Made by a program: the position numbers and the translations under genes. Shown piece by piece: positions 27,801 to 41,782 of a stretch of DNA of 64,000 nucleotides (position 1 is its first letter; each line of letters opens with the position of its first letter). Below the pieces are notes generated by a model. It was given only the letters and a program-made list of their open reading frames with translations, did no database searches and was not told the DNA's origin. Source of the DNA: Octopus vulgaris (lineage: Eukaryota); the NCBI GenBank assembly GCA_951406725.2, contig OX597817.1, forward strand, positions 74,648,001 to 74,712,000, given 5' to 3'.

Positions 27801-30800
27801 ATAAATACATCTAGGATGTTTGTTTGAGAGAATGGGATTACCTCCACTTGGAAACAGGTGGAGATTGATGACATGAAAGTTATCCAGTTGTAGAGAACTC
27901 TGCCCCAACATACTCTCATCTGATCCATGCAAGTATGGAAAAGTAAACATTAAAACAATATGTCTATGTTCAGTGAAAAAGCAAACATCTTCAACACATT
28001 TGTTCTGCACCCACTTGCCATCAAAAACACAGTACATCAACAATTGCTTCTTTGGAAAACTAACAATACTGTTGTTCAAAGATTGATATAAAATAATTTA
28101 TATCCACTCATATTCATATTAATTCAAACATTGATATAAAAACATTTAGGTATTTACATAATCTGACTAAAAATCAACTAAACTATGAACATACCATGCT
28201 AAACAATGCTCAATACATTATAGAGGATGTCCAGGTACGAAGTCCTAAAAGTTATAAGCTATAACAATACACAGTTTGTACAAGTTGATTTATCAATACA
28301 ACACACAAAATTGTGTAAACAATGTTTCCAGGCTACTACAAAATGACAACTGATGTAGAAGAGTTAAAACAATAGTTTTTTTTACCTATTCTACACCAAC
28401 TAAGCATATAAAATCTGCCATTCCAAGTGATTGACATTTCCAACAGGCTTCTATGAACAAAACTATAGTTTTTCAACAAAACCTAAAATTTCTCGTTTCT
28501 TTTTGTATCCATTTTCCACACAAAATTTTTCCTTTTAGACGATTCAAAATTATTTTCAACATAAAAAAAACCCACTTAAATTAAAATAATACAATATACA
28601 TGCAAAATCAACTAGAATTAAACACTTGGATCACTTAAAAATATTTTTTTTTAAATTGATTTTTAATTACCTGTCCTTCGGAATTTTTCCAGGGTTTGTA
28701 AATATGCTTCACTGGAAAGGTTTCATTTGTTAAGGCTTTTATGAGCCCTTGAATAAGTAGTTTCATGCCCTTTTTATTTTGTATAGAAAAATTTGCATAA
28801 TCCAGTTCTGCAACAACTTCGGTCCATTGTAATTTTGGAGCCTAGGTTACAAAAAGAAAAACAAAACAAATTTCAAAATAAGCAAAAAATTTTTAACTTT
28901 TATCAAAATGATTAACTCTTGTTACCAATCCCTTTGAAAATGTTTAAGTTCTAGAACACAAAACTTGTGTTTTAAAGTGTTCATAGCTAAATAATTTTCC
29001 TTATACAATTCTTTCAATGAAAATGAAGTTATATACTTAAAGTCATCATTGATTATTTTCAAAATAAACTGAAATTAAGTGTATTTCATTAATATGTCTA
29101 AAAATATTTTGAAATTTTATCTAAGTCAAAAATAATCATCATTTTGATGTCCACTAAAGCAGGTTTTCTATGATTGGATGCCATTAACAAAAAACTTCAG
29201 GTTTCCAAATAAGGTAGTATTTCCCCATGGCCAGACATGTTTTTGCAGAATATTGAAAATAAATGACAATACTTGTATGAGAGACTAATTTACAACTATC
29301 ATGCAATATCAAGTCAGAGACACCCATACACATTATATATTCACGCATGCACACACACACGACAGGCTTCTTTCACTCTCCATCTACCAAAGACACACAC
29401 AAAATTTTGGTTGGTAGGGGTTTTAAGAGACAATTGCTTAAGATGCCATGCAGCAAAAGTGAACCCAAAACCATGAGGTTAAGAAGAAAATTTCTTAACC
29501 ACACATCCACATCTGCACCTATAGTCAATTTCAAATAACAAAATCCAAGAGAAAAAGCCATCAAAACTATCTTACCAACTCCTGAACAATTTGAACAAAT
29601 ATATCCACATTCCAAGTTGTCACTCCAGGTGTGTCTTTTTCTTTATCACTGTTCCAATTTGAATTCTGAAAACAAGCAAAAAATGAATTGACATTGTAAC
29701 ATTACTAATATTTGCCTCTTCCTAGATTAAACATTTTAAAACAGGGCTAGAGTAAGCATCTCACAAGAAGCTTGATACATAGATTCAAATGAGAGCATTG
29801 AGCACCCAACCACTGAGGATAAAAAAGTTCTTATGATTTAGTATTTCAAGTGTCTTATTTCCTGAACATACAATTGGACAATAGCAAGGGCAAAACTAAA
29901 TGAAAGCCAATTCCACATTAAATTCCTCCAAAAAGGATTATGTGCCAACAGAGTCCATCTTGCTCATAATGGATATGGCCATTCCAATGGTGATCAAAAG
30001 AGAAGTGACATCAAAATGGGTAATATGTCTTAATTACTGCCACAGTGCATGCCATACAAACAAGCACTGTAGTAAGGTATATACAAAGTGTTCTTAAAAC
30101 AGACAGGTATTTTCAGAGAATGGGTAGGGGAAGGTTGTTACCAACTACTGGTTTGATTACATAGGATATTTTGGTCAACTTCTGGAATGATAAACAGTAA
30201 AGATGAACCAAGCCACTGAAATCCCGCTTTGTGGTTACTCAACTGCCAGGGAATAGCAGCCAAATCTTTCAAACTATCAACTATCTTAAAAATTTAATTT
30301 ACATTAGACAACCTATTTCTAGATTATATATATATATACAATGCTTTAGAATGTCTAAGTAGTAGGGCTGGTTGATCAGAACTGACTATATGTAAACTGT
30401 CAAAAAATCCTTGCATCATATGAAGCTCTTTCGTATATTCAAATAAATGACTGAAGAAAAAAAGTGTACAATTATGGTAAAAGCCAATTATCTCTATCTA
30501 CCTAGACAAACATTTTGGTACAGAATTTATTCTCCAAATGAAACTTACCTGGTCGATTTGACCACATGGATTTTTGGCCATCATCCCCATGACTTTAGCT
30601 ACAGATGATGGCGTTAACTCTTTTGGACCAAACTGTAAGAGTGTATTTCGACATTCTTCCACACTGAAAAAAAATAAAAACAAAAATTTACAAATTAAAT
30701 GAACCATGTATATAAAACAAAACCTGGCAGTTAAAAAAGAGAAATAGAAACAAGATATCTTAGGTAATTATTAACATTCCTCAGGACACTGAATCTTTCA

Positions 30801-33800
30801 AACAAAATGACAAAGGACTGGGTTGCCTGGCATCTGGCCATGCTGATGAAAACCCATCCTCCACAGTAGAAGTGTTAAGGCCGCTCCCCCTGGTGAAGAA
30901 GATTGGCCTACAAGGGTCCTGTGCCAGTGCAATGTAAAAAGCACTCATGCTGGTGCCACATTAAAAGCACCGAGTACACATTGAAGTGGTTGGTATTAGA
31001 AAGGGCATCAGCTGTGGAAACCAAGCCAAATCAGACTGGAACTTGGTGCAGCTCTCTGGCTTGCCAGCTCTGGTCAAAGCCATGCTGACATGGAAAACGG
31101 ACATTAAAAGAGGATGATGACTGTGTGTTTAGACCAGATGTTGGCTAACTTATGTCATTGCTGACCTCTAGAATAAAAAAAAAAAAAGATGAGTCTGCCC
31201 AGATAAGATTTCTATAAATCAAATTGTTTCTCACAATACTTTTCCATTTAATTTTCAAAATCACTTCTCTTCAGATCGACTCAATCACATTAATATAAAA
31301 ACTATATCCATTCTTTATATATTCCAAATACATGATATATTACTAAAAACATTAAGATAAATAGTGAAAACAAAATATTTCCACAATCTTCTCACCTGCT
31401 TGTACAAGCACAGCCAGCTTCTAGGACCATGTCTGCTAAGGAGGCTTCATTCTGATGAAAGTAAATTTAATTTCATTAGTTATGTAACAAAAAGTAATCA
31501 ATAGATACATCAATAAATTTATTATATGTTGACATATTCAGTTATTCTCTTAATTAGATGAAAATTCATTTTCATTTGAATTCAAACTATTAGAATTGTT
31601 GCACAACAGATATAAAGCTTGGTATTACTAGTATTATACTGGGAGTGCTTTCACTCATAATCCAATAGTTTTATTATCGTTGCTCAGCATTAATGTTAGA
31701 TTGAAACTAATCAATTTCTGATTAGCACAATAATGCATTTTATTGACTGTAAAAAGGTAAGGAAAAGAAATTTTTTTTTTTATTAGGAAGGGGGTTGAAT
31801 AAACACAAGTCTGTCTTGTGAGCAAATTTCTTCTTAATAATGTGCTAATTGTAATTTCAATCACATTATTATATTTGAGAAGAAAAGAAATTGATAGTAG
31901 GCAATCCATTTATTTTACTTAGGCACAAAACTAAGAGTCGAGAAGTCAAACTGATTGTATTGGCATTAGCGTATTATTGGTGATTATTTTACCAGCCCCT
32001 GAAGACTGAAGGTCAAAAACCCTAGTGAGATCCAAAATCATAATTCAACTCAACATTAATATATATACTTTGGCTCTTTGCAATTTCCTCCATTTTAATG
32101 AACAATTATAATATGCCACTTGTTTCAAACTACAACATAACAATTGTGAACAACTTACCATTGATACAGGCATGGTGAAAGTATCTGAAAATGTATCTAA
32201 ACTAATATCCTCCGTTTCTGGATATAGTAATGGACTTAAAACAATAGGAACACAAGCCCTAGGAAAATCTAGAGACAAAAAAAAAAAAAAAAAAGAAAAA
32301 AGAAAAAATATTACATACTATATCACAACTGATAAAAAATTAAATAAGCTAATATTAAAATCCATGACTAATACTCCTTTATATCTGAAGTCATAAGCAA
32401 AAACATGTGCATCAAATGAAACATATTGTTCAATTACAAGAAAATGAAAGTAGTCCAGTATGATAATCCAAGCCTAACAATACAAAAAATGAAAGACAAC
32501 TTTATTCCGTATGTTCTAAAGGAAAAAACTGATACAGTATGGCAAACCTTTAATCCCTTTGCTACCATGTCTGTTGAAATACACTGCCCAATATTTGAAA
32601 CCCAACAAATGAAAGGTTTCAAATTAACACTTTAAAACAAGAAGTTTGTTTGCTGAAAGCAGGAGCAGTCTCACATGGATTAGTATCAAAAGGATTAAGT
32701 AAATAATTAATACTAATTGTCTTCCAAGGTCCATTTTCTGCAAATAGAGTTTGATGCTACTTTACACATACTGTATTAATTGTCTCATGATAATTCTTAT
32801 TCCCATAATATCTAAATCTCCTGCATAATCATTAGCTGTTAATTCACCAAAACATTATGATCAGGATAATATTCAGGTTTCACATGTATCTTTCAAGCTA
32901 AGGGATTAACCCTCTTGTTACTAACACACCTGAGACTGGTTCTATTATATAAACTTGCTACTTAAAGTGATCTAAATTAAAAACTTCCATCAAAATTCAA
33001 TGTTAATTTATGTGCCAAACAGCAACCAAATAACAACAAAATTGTTTTACTAAGTTCTTCATTATTTTCAAAATTAATTGAAACAAAATTAGTGTATTTC
33101 AAAAGAAATACAGTAATGAATGGTTACACAACTTAATTATATGGACAAAATAACTCTGCAAGTTCATTAAATTACTTTCAACTATTGTCAGTTTTTCCAA
33201 CTACATTTCACTCTTATTTAAATTCTGAAAGGTTTCAATTGCAACTGTTAAGAAACAACTTCTAGGTGCAAACTAACAGACAAATTATATTGTAACTCAA
33301 AAATATGCCGTAAGCATTTTAAATAAATGACTTCCATTAAAATGATAAAACTTACCTTTGCGTAAAGTATTTAGAAATGCCTCTTTCTGATCAGCTCCAA
33401 TTCCAAGTTGATCTTTCCCACGAACAAGATGAGTTAAAAGAAGGTGTAGTCCCTCAATAGCAATGTCTTGTAATCCACCTTCTTGCCTCACATTAGTATC
33501 TGTTAAGAATAAATTGAATTGCCAATTTTAGTTGTAAAAAAATGAGTAGAATTGAACTAACTAGCAGAGGAAAAAAATTAGGAATTCACACAATGTCTTC
33601 ATATTCTAGAGGAAAGAAAACCCATTACTCTAAGTCCCAAATGCAACTAAAAAGACAAGGAACGAACAAATTTTCCCTAAATCTAACACATGCAACCCTA
33701 AAATCTAATTAAAAATTTTCCTTCAAATTTACACCAATGTCATTTATTACCTTTTATTAAATTTACCAACATTTTTTCAAGTTTTACAAATATGCTCCTC

Positions 33801-36800
33801 ACATGCACTAGCATGAAGAACTAAAGAACTATCACTGCTACAATTGATAGAAATACTTTTAAATACATGAACATTAAAAGAAAGTACATGCTATAAGGGG
33901 AAAAAAAAATGAAAAACAATTGTGAAGAAATTGATATTCCTTATTTACTAAATATACTTTTTAAAATCTAAGTACAAGAGGTTTTAACAGGTCCACTGAT
34001 CAATGAAAAGAAATAAAATCACGACCAACACCCGCTTTGTATTGAATTGAAAGTAGGAAAAAAAAACTTTGAGCTACAAAGTGGATTACAACTGAATATT
34101 CTCCAGTTGTTTAGATGCTAGCCTGTAACTGTATTTAGTTCATGAGCAGCAATAAGTACAGTTTCATATGTACAAGTCTCTCCAAACCAAAGAAACAGGA
34201 ATTTTAGTTTAGAAGTAATTTTTTGCAATCTAGGAATATGAATGTATAGTTCAAACTTAATCTATATCTTTTTACTTATCCTAAGCTGTCCTTCAACTGC
34301 ATAAATATTACTACAAAAAGAAATAGTAAAAGCCTTCAATATACAAACCTGCATCTACGTAAGATCGCAATAAATCAGGTAATTTCTGTTTAACAAAGTT
34401 GGCCGCGTAATTCTGAGTATCAGGATTGGACGAATTCAACAAAGCCAAGCCAAATACCACCTCTTGCACTCTGGTCAACTTTAAAACTTTACTCAGTTGT
34501 GGGAATAACTGAGGACTTGCTTTCAAAGACTACCCATGGAAGAAAAAAAAAATAAAGAAGTTGACATTAAAAAAAAAAATTAAGATATTTAAATAAATTC
34601 AAGATGAAATATTTTGATACTTTACTTCATAAAACTAAAGTATAAATTTTCATATTCCATATAATTTATATAAGATTTTACTTGTGAATAGAAAATTTTG
34701 GGAGAGGGACTCATTAACTGTAAACTTCAATATTTACAGATAATCAAAGACTATCAAACAAAATTAATTTCCATGACATCAGAAGTTTTTGGCAGAACTG
34801 TTTTAAACCAGATTTAATTTATTAGAAGATCAAATTTGCAACACAAACCTTTTGATGTTGTAATGGATTGTCAATAACGTAACAAAGAGTTGAGACAAAA
34901 TTAGGTTTACTGAAGAGAGTTGTGAACTCTTGTATCAAATACTGGGTCTGAAAAAAAAATTATATTAATGATATTAGTGAAACAATTTAAAACAGAGCAA
35001 TTAAGTAATCAATATTTATTATAAGAGTTTTCAAGTAACCAGATGCTATATACTGAATGGAGAATACAGATTGTTAGATTCGTGGGGTTTTTTTTTCCTT
35101 CAGTGTTACTACTTGCAACTGCAAAAGCCTTTAACACTCAAATCTTGCATAGACAATCCCATGAAACAATTCCAATAAGTGAAAAGTATACAGGGCTGGT
35201 TACAAAGGATTCTGCAAGCTGTCTCTCATTCTAAGCAAAAAATTTACTTAGATGCAAGAAACCGAGTGTTTATCTAGTTCAATGGTATATGAAAACCTCG
35301 TCAAAGAAGTATTCCACATACATGAAAGTGGAGATCGAAAGATACATCAATATAGCTACTTTCCACAAGACCAAACAGCTGCAAGATAATAGTAACATGG
35401 AGATGGGGTACACCTTTTTCCCCCCTTTTAGTGAGAAACCAGCAAAGCAGAGATGTAACCAAAATCAAAACTGAATAACGATGTGAAAGTTTCCATCATA
35501 AAGAGATGTTATACCACCTTCAACAAGCCTGATGATGCAAAAGAGAAGTTCTAAAGTACCAAACAAATGACTATAAGAAGTGTGTCCCAATGAGGTAAAC
35601 TATAAATTCAGGATTTCTATACCACACTGGACAAGCAGAAACAAGTAATCTGGTATCATCAGCAAAAAGTGTGGCAGGGAAATTCTTCTGAAATGGAGAT
35701 TTTCTTGCTTTATGCTCTCAACAAAGTCTCATTACCAACATTATTAATTGGAGGTAAGAATGGAAAGTGTTCTTTATGCACCTCTGAGCAAAATATTGAC
35801 ATCTAGATATCATAATTATGCAGGACAGAGGTAATGTACACAATTGATGAAAGGGTATGCAACACATATCACCAAATGCTTCAATGGAGCATAACCTTCA
35901 TAATACTTTCCAAATGGAACAGGATCAGACCTCCCAAACTTATTGAAATGACAACAGGGAAGTTGGTGGAAAGAATGTATAAGCTATTCTGGAAAGAGGT
36001 ATGCACAAGGCTCTAGATTCATGGTTTACATCAAAAACCAAGCAGTATAAATACAAGATGGTCCTTGCTTCACTCCACAGCATATGGCACAGCTGAAGCT
36101 GTGCTTGATAAACTAACAAGACAAGTCAAGTCTAATGCAAAGATCTAGTCATGCTTCACTGTTGACTCAATGCAACCAAGCTTACCAGAAGTACCTCAAG
36201 GCTCCCAACACAAGTACTTATAGAGTTAAAGAAGAGGAGGGTGAAAAATAAGAATGACTGTGGGACCTATCAAAGGATTTTTTTTATTTGCTGTAGTGGA
36301 GAGAACCCTTGGAAGAATATTGTCCAACAAACTGAATGAGAAAATTACAGTAGAGGTTCTACCTGACAATGTAGATTCAGAAGAAAAGGCATGGATAGTG
36401 TTCAATCTCCAATATATGTGGGAGAAATAAGGGGAAAGATTAGAGCATTGTATGGTGTCACTGATAATATCAAAGACATTCAACAAAGTAAACTGCTGAG
36501 ACCTACTGCATGCAGTTAGGTTTGGATGCTTAAAGTTCACTCATATAATAGAGTTTCTATATCCTGGCATGAGGCTCAGGTAACATAAATGAACTCCAAT
36601 TCTACATTGTCTTATGTTACAGTGGGAATTAAGCAGGGCTTCATGCTACACCAGTGTTACTTTCAATTTGTTAGTGATGCTCAATAAGATGTTCTGTAAC
36701 ACAAACAAAAACATAGACAGTCAAGCCCTGATGTTAAGTTTTCAAGGTGTTGCACATCAAAACTAAAACAAAGACAACATGTTAATGAAAGAATAGTTGT

Positions 36801-39800
36801 TTGCTGACGACTATGCTCATTTCTCATAATCCAGAGAACATGCAAAAGTTGGATGCTTTTGAACAATACAGCCACAAAATTCACATTGAAAATTAACAGC
36901 CATAAGACTGAAGATAATTACCAGCCAAGTCCTGACTCATGCCAAGGGTTATAACCTAAGTTCATCACAATCAAAAGACAGGAACTCGTAGCAGCAAACT
37001 ACTTTATCAATAATGATGGTACACAATGACAGATTGATTGAAGGTCAGCTCAACATTCCAAAGATTGAGTAAGCAGCTGTGAATATCAAGCACTAGCCAG
37101 TCTAAATGAAGTGGGAAGTAAACCAAGTAATATTAGCCACTCTATTACAGTTCAAAGGTATGGATGGGAAGTAAATGGATGTAGAGAAAATTGTATACAT
37201 TAATGACAAGACACTTAATAGAGATCCTGAACATCACTTGGAAGGACAAAGTCAGAAACACTGCCCATTTCAGAAAAAGTTAAGCACCATAGCATGAAAG
37301 AGATATCAAAAACTCTGCTCCTTTAATATGTCCAAAAAGTGGAAAGCACTCAGTTGTCAAGATAAATACTCTACTCACAGCTGTCTGATGAAGAAAGTGG
37401 CTAAACATGAGATGGGACATCGATACCCACAACTAAAGATAGAAACCAGTGGAGATCAAGTCACTTCTGATATGATTGAGGATATCTCATATAGACAGTT
37501 ATCATTGACCATCAAACTGCTTATGATGAAGATGATAACTAGTGGCATAAAACAAGCAAAACAGCTTCAAACAAATAGAAACTATTACCATACTTGCTGC
37601 ACACAGCTCACCCATTGCCCAACAGTGTCCCTATGCACCTTAAATATTGAATTATTTCAAACATCAAAATATACAAAAATTACCTATTAACTTCTCTTTC
37701 CTTGAAAAGACAACCTAATACTCAACACCTGGTTTAACAATAAAAAGAGGGAGTGACAATGTTCCTGAAAAATTGGACAACAGCTAAGATGAAGTACTGT
37801 GTAATCTAATTGTAGTGAAATATATACAAGGGAAAAGCATTGCAGTACTAAAGACAGGAAAACAATGTACATACCACTTAAGATAACATGGCCATTTAAA
37901 AATGTCCTTGAAATGTAATATAATCCTATATTGTAAATATTAAGAAAGCTCCACCACCACTTCAAGGCACAATATCAGCTAAAGCTCCATATAAGGAGCA
38001 TTCTGCACATTAAACTTTAAACCAGCAAAATTTGATCCAATCATCAGTCATGCGACAGCCACTTTTCCATGGTTGCATGCATCAGACAGATTTGACTGAG
38101 GCCTATTTTCTATGGGTAGATGCCAATTATCAACCCTCACCCATAAACAAGCAAGGAAATATTTCCCCCTGGCCAGGTATGTTTTCACAGAATATGTTGG
38201 AAATGCGTAATACTGCTTGTATGACAGTGACACTCATAACTATCACACAATATTAAAACAAGGAGATGCAAACATAGACATACATGTGCAATGGGTGTCT
38301 TTCAGTTTCCATCTCCCAAATACATTTACAAGGCCTTGGTCAAGCAGAACGAAGGTGCCACACAGTGGGACTGAACCTGAAACTATGTGGCTGGAAAGCA
38401 AACTTCTTAACCACACAGCCACACCTGCACCAATTAATGTTCTACAGAATCAAACAATGCAATTTTGATACAGCTTCCAAATATTAACACTAATAGAAAA
38501 TATACAATTAAATTATAGAAATAAAATATATGGTACACAGTTTTAGATTTTGCTTTTCCATCTTGACATAGGTTAAAAACAGCCTTTTCAAACCCTTTAT
38601 GAAGTATTTGTTCTTAGATGAAATCCAATTTGTTCAAGTTTTTGGCTTACCTCAACCATCAACACCCAAAACTGCCACTCAGCTTCATCCACTTATTCTA
38701 GGCTTGTCCACACCAATCACCTCACTCGCAGGGTTTATCTCTAAGAACTTTTTTTCAAATGATTTGGGCTAAATTCGGCTCAAGTTTATACTGCACATCC
38801 AGCAGATCATTCAGCTTGTTCCTCTCTACGAAACAAGTATAGGTTCTTTCACTGACACATACATTGCAAAACTTTATTCTTCATATGTTAATGTAGCTCA
38901 CACAATGTTCTCAAGCAAATTGAAAAATAAAAGGTAATTATAAAAACAATATCTTTTTCGTTATACTTTTAAAAAGCTGACATTTCATTATCAAAAAGAT
39001 GTAGCTTTCAGAGCTTGTTAAGTGCTCTGCATGGGAAGTTGCTTCAACAACTACTGACTTGACTGCTGTCATGTAAAAGGACTCCAAGGCTGCTGTTATT
39101 GCTACTGAAAAGGAAGCATCTCAAAGTGCAACCATTTTACCATCAACAAGGAGTATTTTATCCCCAGGCTGTTATTTGGTTTTTGGCTTATTTCAAGTAA
39201 CAGGAAAATATGAAATTGTCTCATTCCTTTTCTCTGAATGCTGAATGTCTTTAGACATGCAAAACCAAATATGTAGCAGTATGAGATACGATATCACAAA
39301 CAAAATTTTTAAGTCATTCATTCTCTACTATACTAAAAGTTATTTCTGCAACATCCAAACAATGTACAGATCGAACAGAATACTTAGAAATGCTGATCTG
39401 TGATGGACTCACAAAACCTGATTTTCAATGCTAATATTTTAAAATATACTTATCACTAGACAAAATTAAAGAATTTAAAAATAGGAATTTTTTTCTTAAT
39501 ACTCAAAATCCAACTTACTTGATGGAAATCTTTTCCGCCACTCTTACCATCGCCACTGAAATCAACGTGAGAAAAGAGGCAGCGGAAAAGGTACCGATCT
39601 GCATCAGCACAGTGTACACTGGTTAGCTGTAAAGAAAAATAGGTTTCTGACAAAAGGGAGCATTAAAGATATGGAAAATAAAAATATATAAACAAATGTA
39701 ATGAGGAACAAATTAGTTGTGACAATCTAAACTCCTTTCACTAAGTTCTCAAACTGTGAAATAACATTTTTCGCTTTCCAAAAATACTAGCAATTTTTTC

Positions 39801-41750
39801 ATTTTTTTTTTTGCATCATTCTTCTTTACTAACCCTTCTGTTACCATATTTCTGCCTTTGCTTAAAATAATTTTAGTAATAATGAAGAATTTAGTAAAAT
39901 AACTCATTAACCCTTTCGTTACTATATTTATTTTGAGATACTCTGTGTTTCTTTCAAATTACCTTAAATATAACAAAGAATTTAGTAAAATAGCTTAGTT
40001 ATCATTAAGCTAGTGTTAGGAACATAAATTGTGACTAAGGTTTGGTGGAAGATTTTAATTGAAAACTTATGAAAAGACATTTGTATTCAGAACCAAAGCA
40101 GGTTTCAGCCGGGTTGGTAACAAAAGGGTTAAGCTAGTAATTGGAAAGTAAATTCACATGAAGTTTGTATCACAGAACCACAGAGTCTTGGGCAGACTGG
40201 TATAAAAAGGAATTAATGAAAGCAGACAAATAGATCTTGAAGCTACCTAAATATAATTTATATAATTCTTTCTTCACAATTGTGAACAAATTTGAAACTT
40301 CAATTTTATAGAATGCAGTAGTTTGTGAGACCCTTTTCTAATAAACACATCACAGGGGCACAGGAGGAGCTACCTCAGTTATATTACACAAAAATGTACT
40401 TCTTATTCTACTGACTACATTTTATTACCAGATAATTTGGAAGCAACATAATCCTCTCATCCACCCACACACATTCCAAAATGCAGTATCAGCAAATGAA
40501 TATAGATTAAAATCTAGTTTGATAGCAAAACTAGAAGTAAACTGGAGTGGGTTGATTAGAATTTCATAGCATTTAACAGAAACTGATCTTCTATTTACAC
40601 AGAAAATAATTTCTTCTTTATTCATCAGCTGTCCCACTCTAAATGTTTCTTCTTCTATTGATGGTGGGGGGAGACAAGATAGGTTACTGGGGTAAAATGA
40701 GTAATTTCTGATTTCTCATTTTCAGCCTACTGGTTTGAAATCATTACATTGCAACTATTGCATCATTTTTGGAAGTAAAAATTAGCCTAAAAACTTGAGA
40801 GTTTGAAACAAGTCAGGTGACAGGTGCCTTTTTCAAGGAACCTCTCCTCAACTTTGGCATGATTATAATTGTGTTTGCTAATAAAAATATGTGGATAATA
40901 TTTGGTGTTTAACAACCAATATTCTTCCCTCTATTGGATTCCAAGTCAATATTTTCCTACATAAATATCTAATATGATAATTTTTTTTTTTAAGTCTAAA
41001 CTGGGGCAAAATGAGTAATGACTAACTTCAATAATTTTTTCTCTTTAACTGCATAAATATATTATGAAGAGAGCCACTCCAACAGATCGAGAAGCTATAC
41101 AGAATATTTTGTGCTGAGTTTTTAGATTTAGTCTAGTTTCATTACTTTCATATCATGTGCCAAGATCCTCAATTTAACTTATTTTAAATTTTTGTTACAT
41201 TTCTGATCTGACGTCTGAGGATGGATCTTGATTTGTAATAAGTTTTTTCTCAAATGTAATCCTGAAGTGAAAAAGTAAATTGACCTTGTCTTACTCATTT
41301 TGCTCCACCTTTAATTTGTCTTCTATATGCTCAAAGAGAATGGAGATGATTTTCTGAAATAGTGTTCAGATTATGTTATTGTATTTTTAAGGTGTTCAGA
41401 GAAGGTCATTTACTTATCTAGTTTTTGTAAGGTAGTCAACATTAGAAAAAAAAAAATTTTTCTTCAGTCAAAAATGCAATATATCTTACTCTCTGTGCCC
41501 CACTGGCTACCTTAAGCGTCAATTTAGATACAATAGTAACTATATTGTCCTCATGGACAGTTTCCTGTAACACCAGGTTGAAATTCCAAATTAAAAAAGA
41601 CTTTTTTTTTTTATTGGATCCTAGAAATGACAAACTAATTTCACAGTTAAGGAACAATGATTTTAACTTGGATGTAAAATCTATTTACATAATGAAGGTT
41701 AATTTCGTGAAAAACATTATGAAAAGCAATGAATATTTTTATTTTGTGAA

Positions 41751-41782
<32 letters not shown>

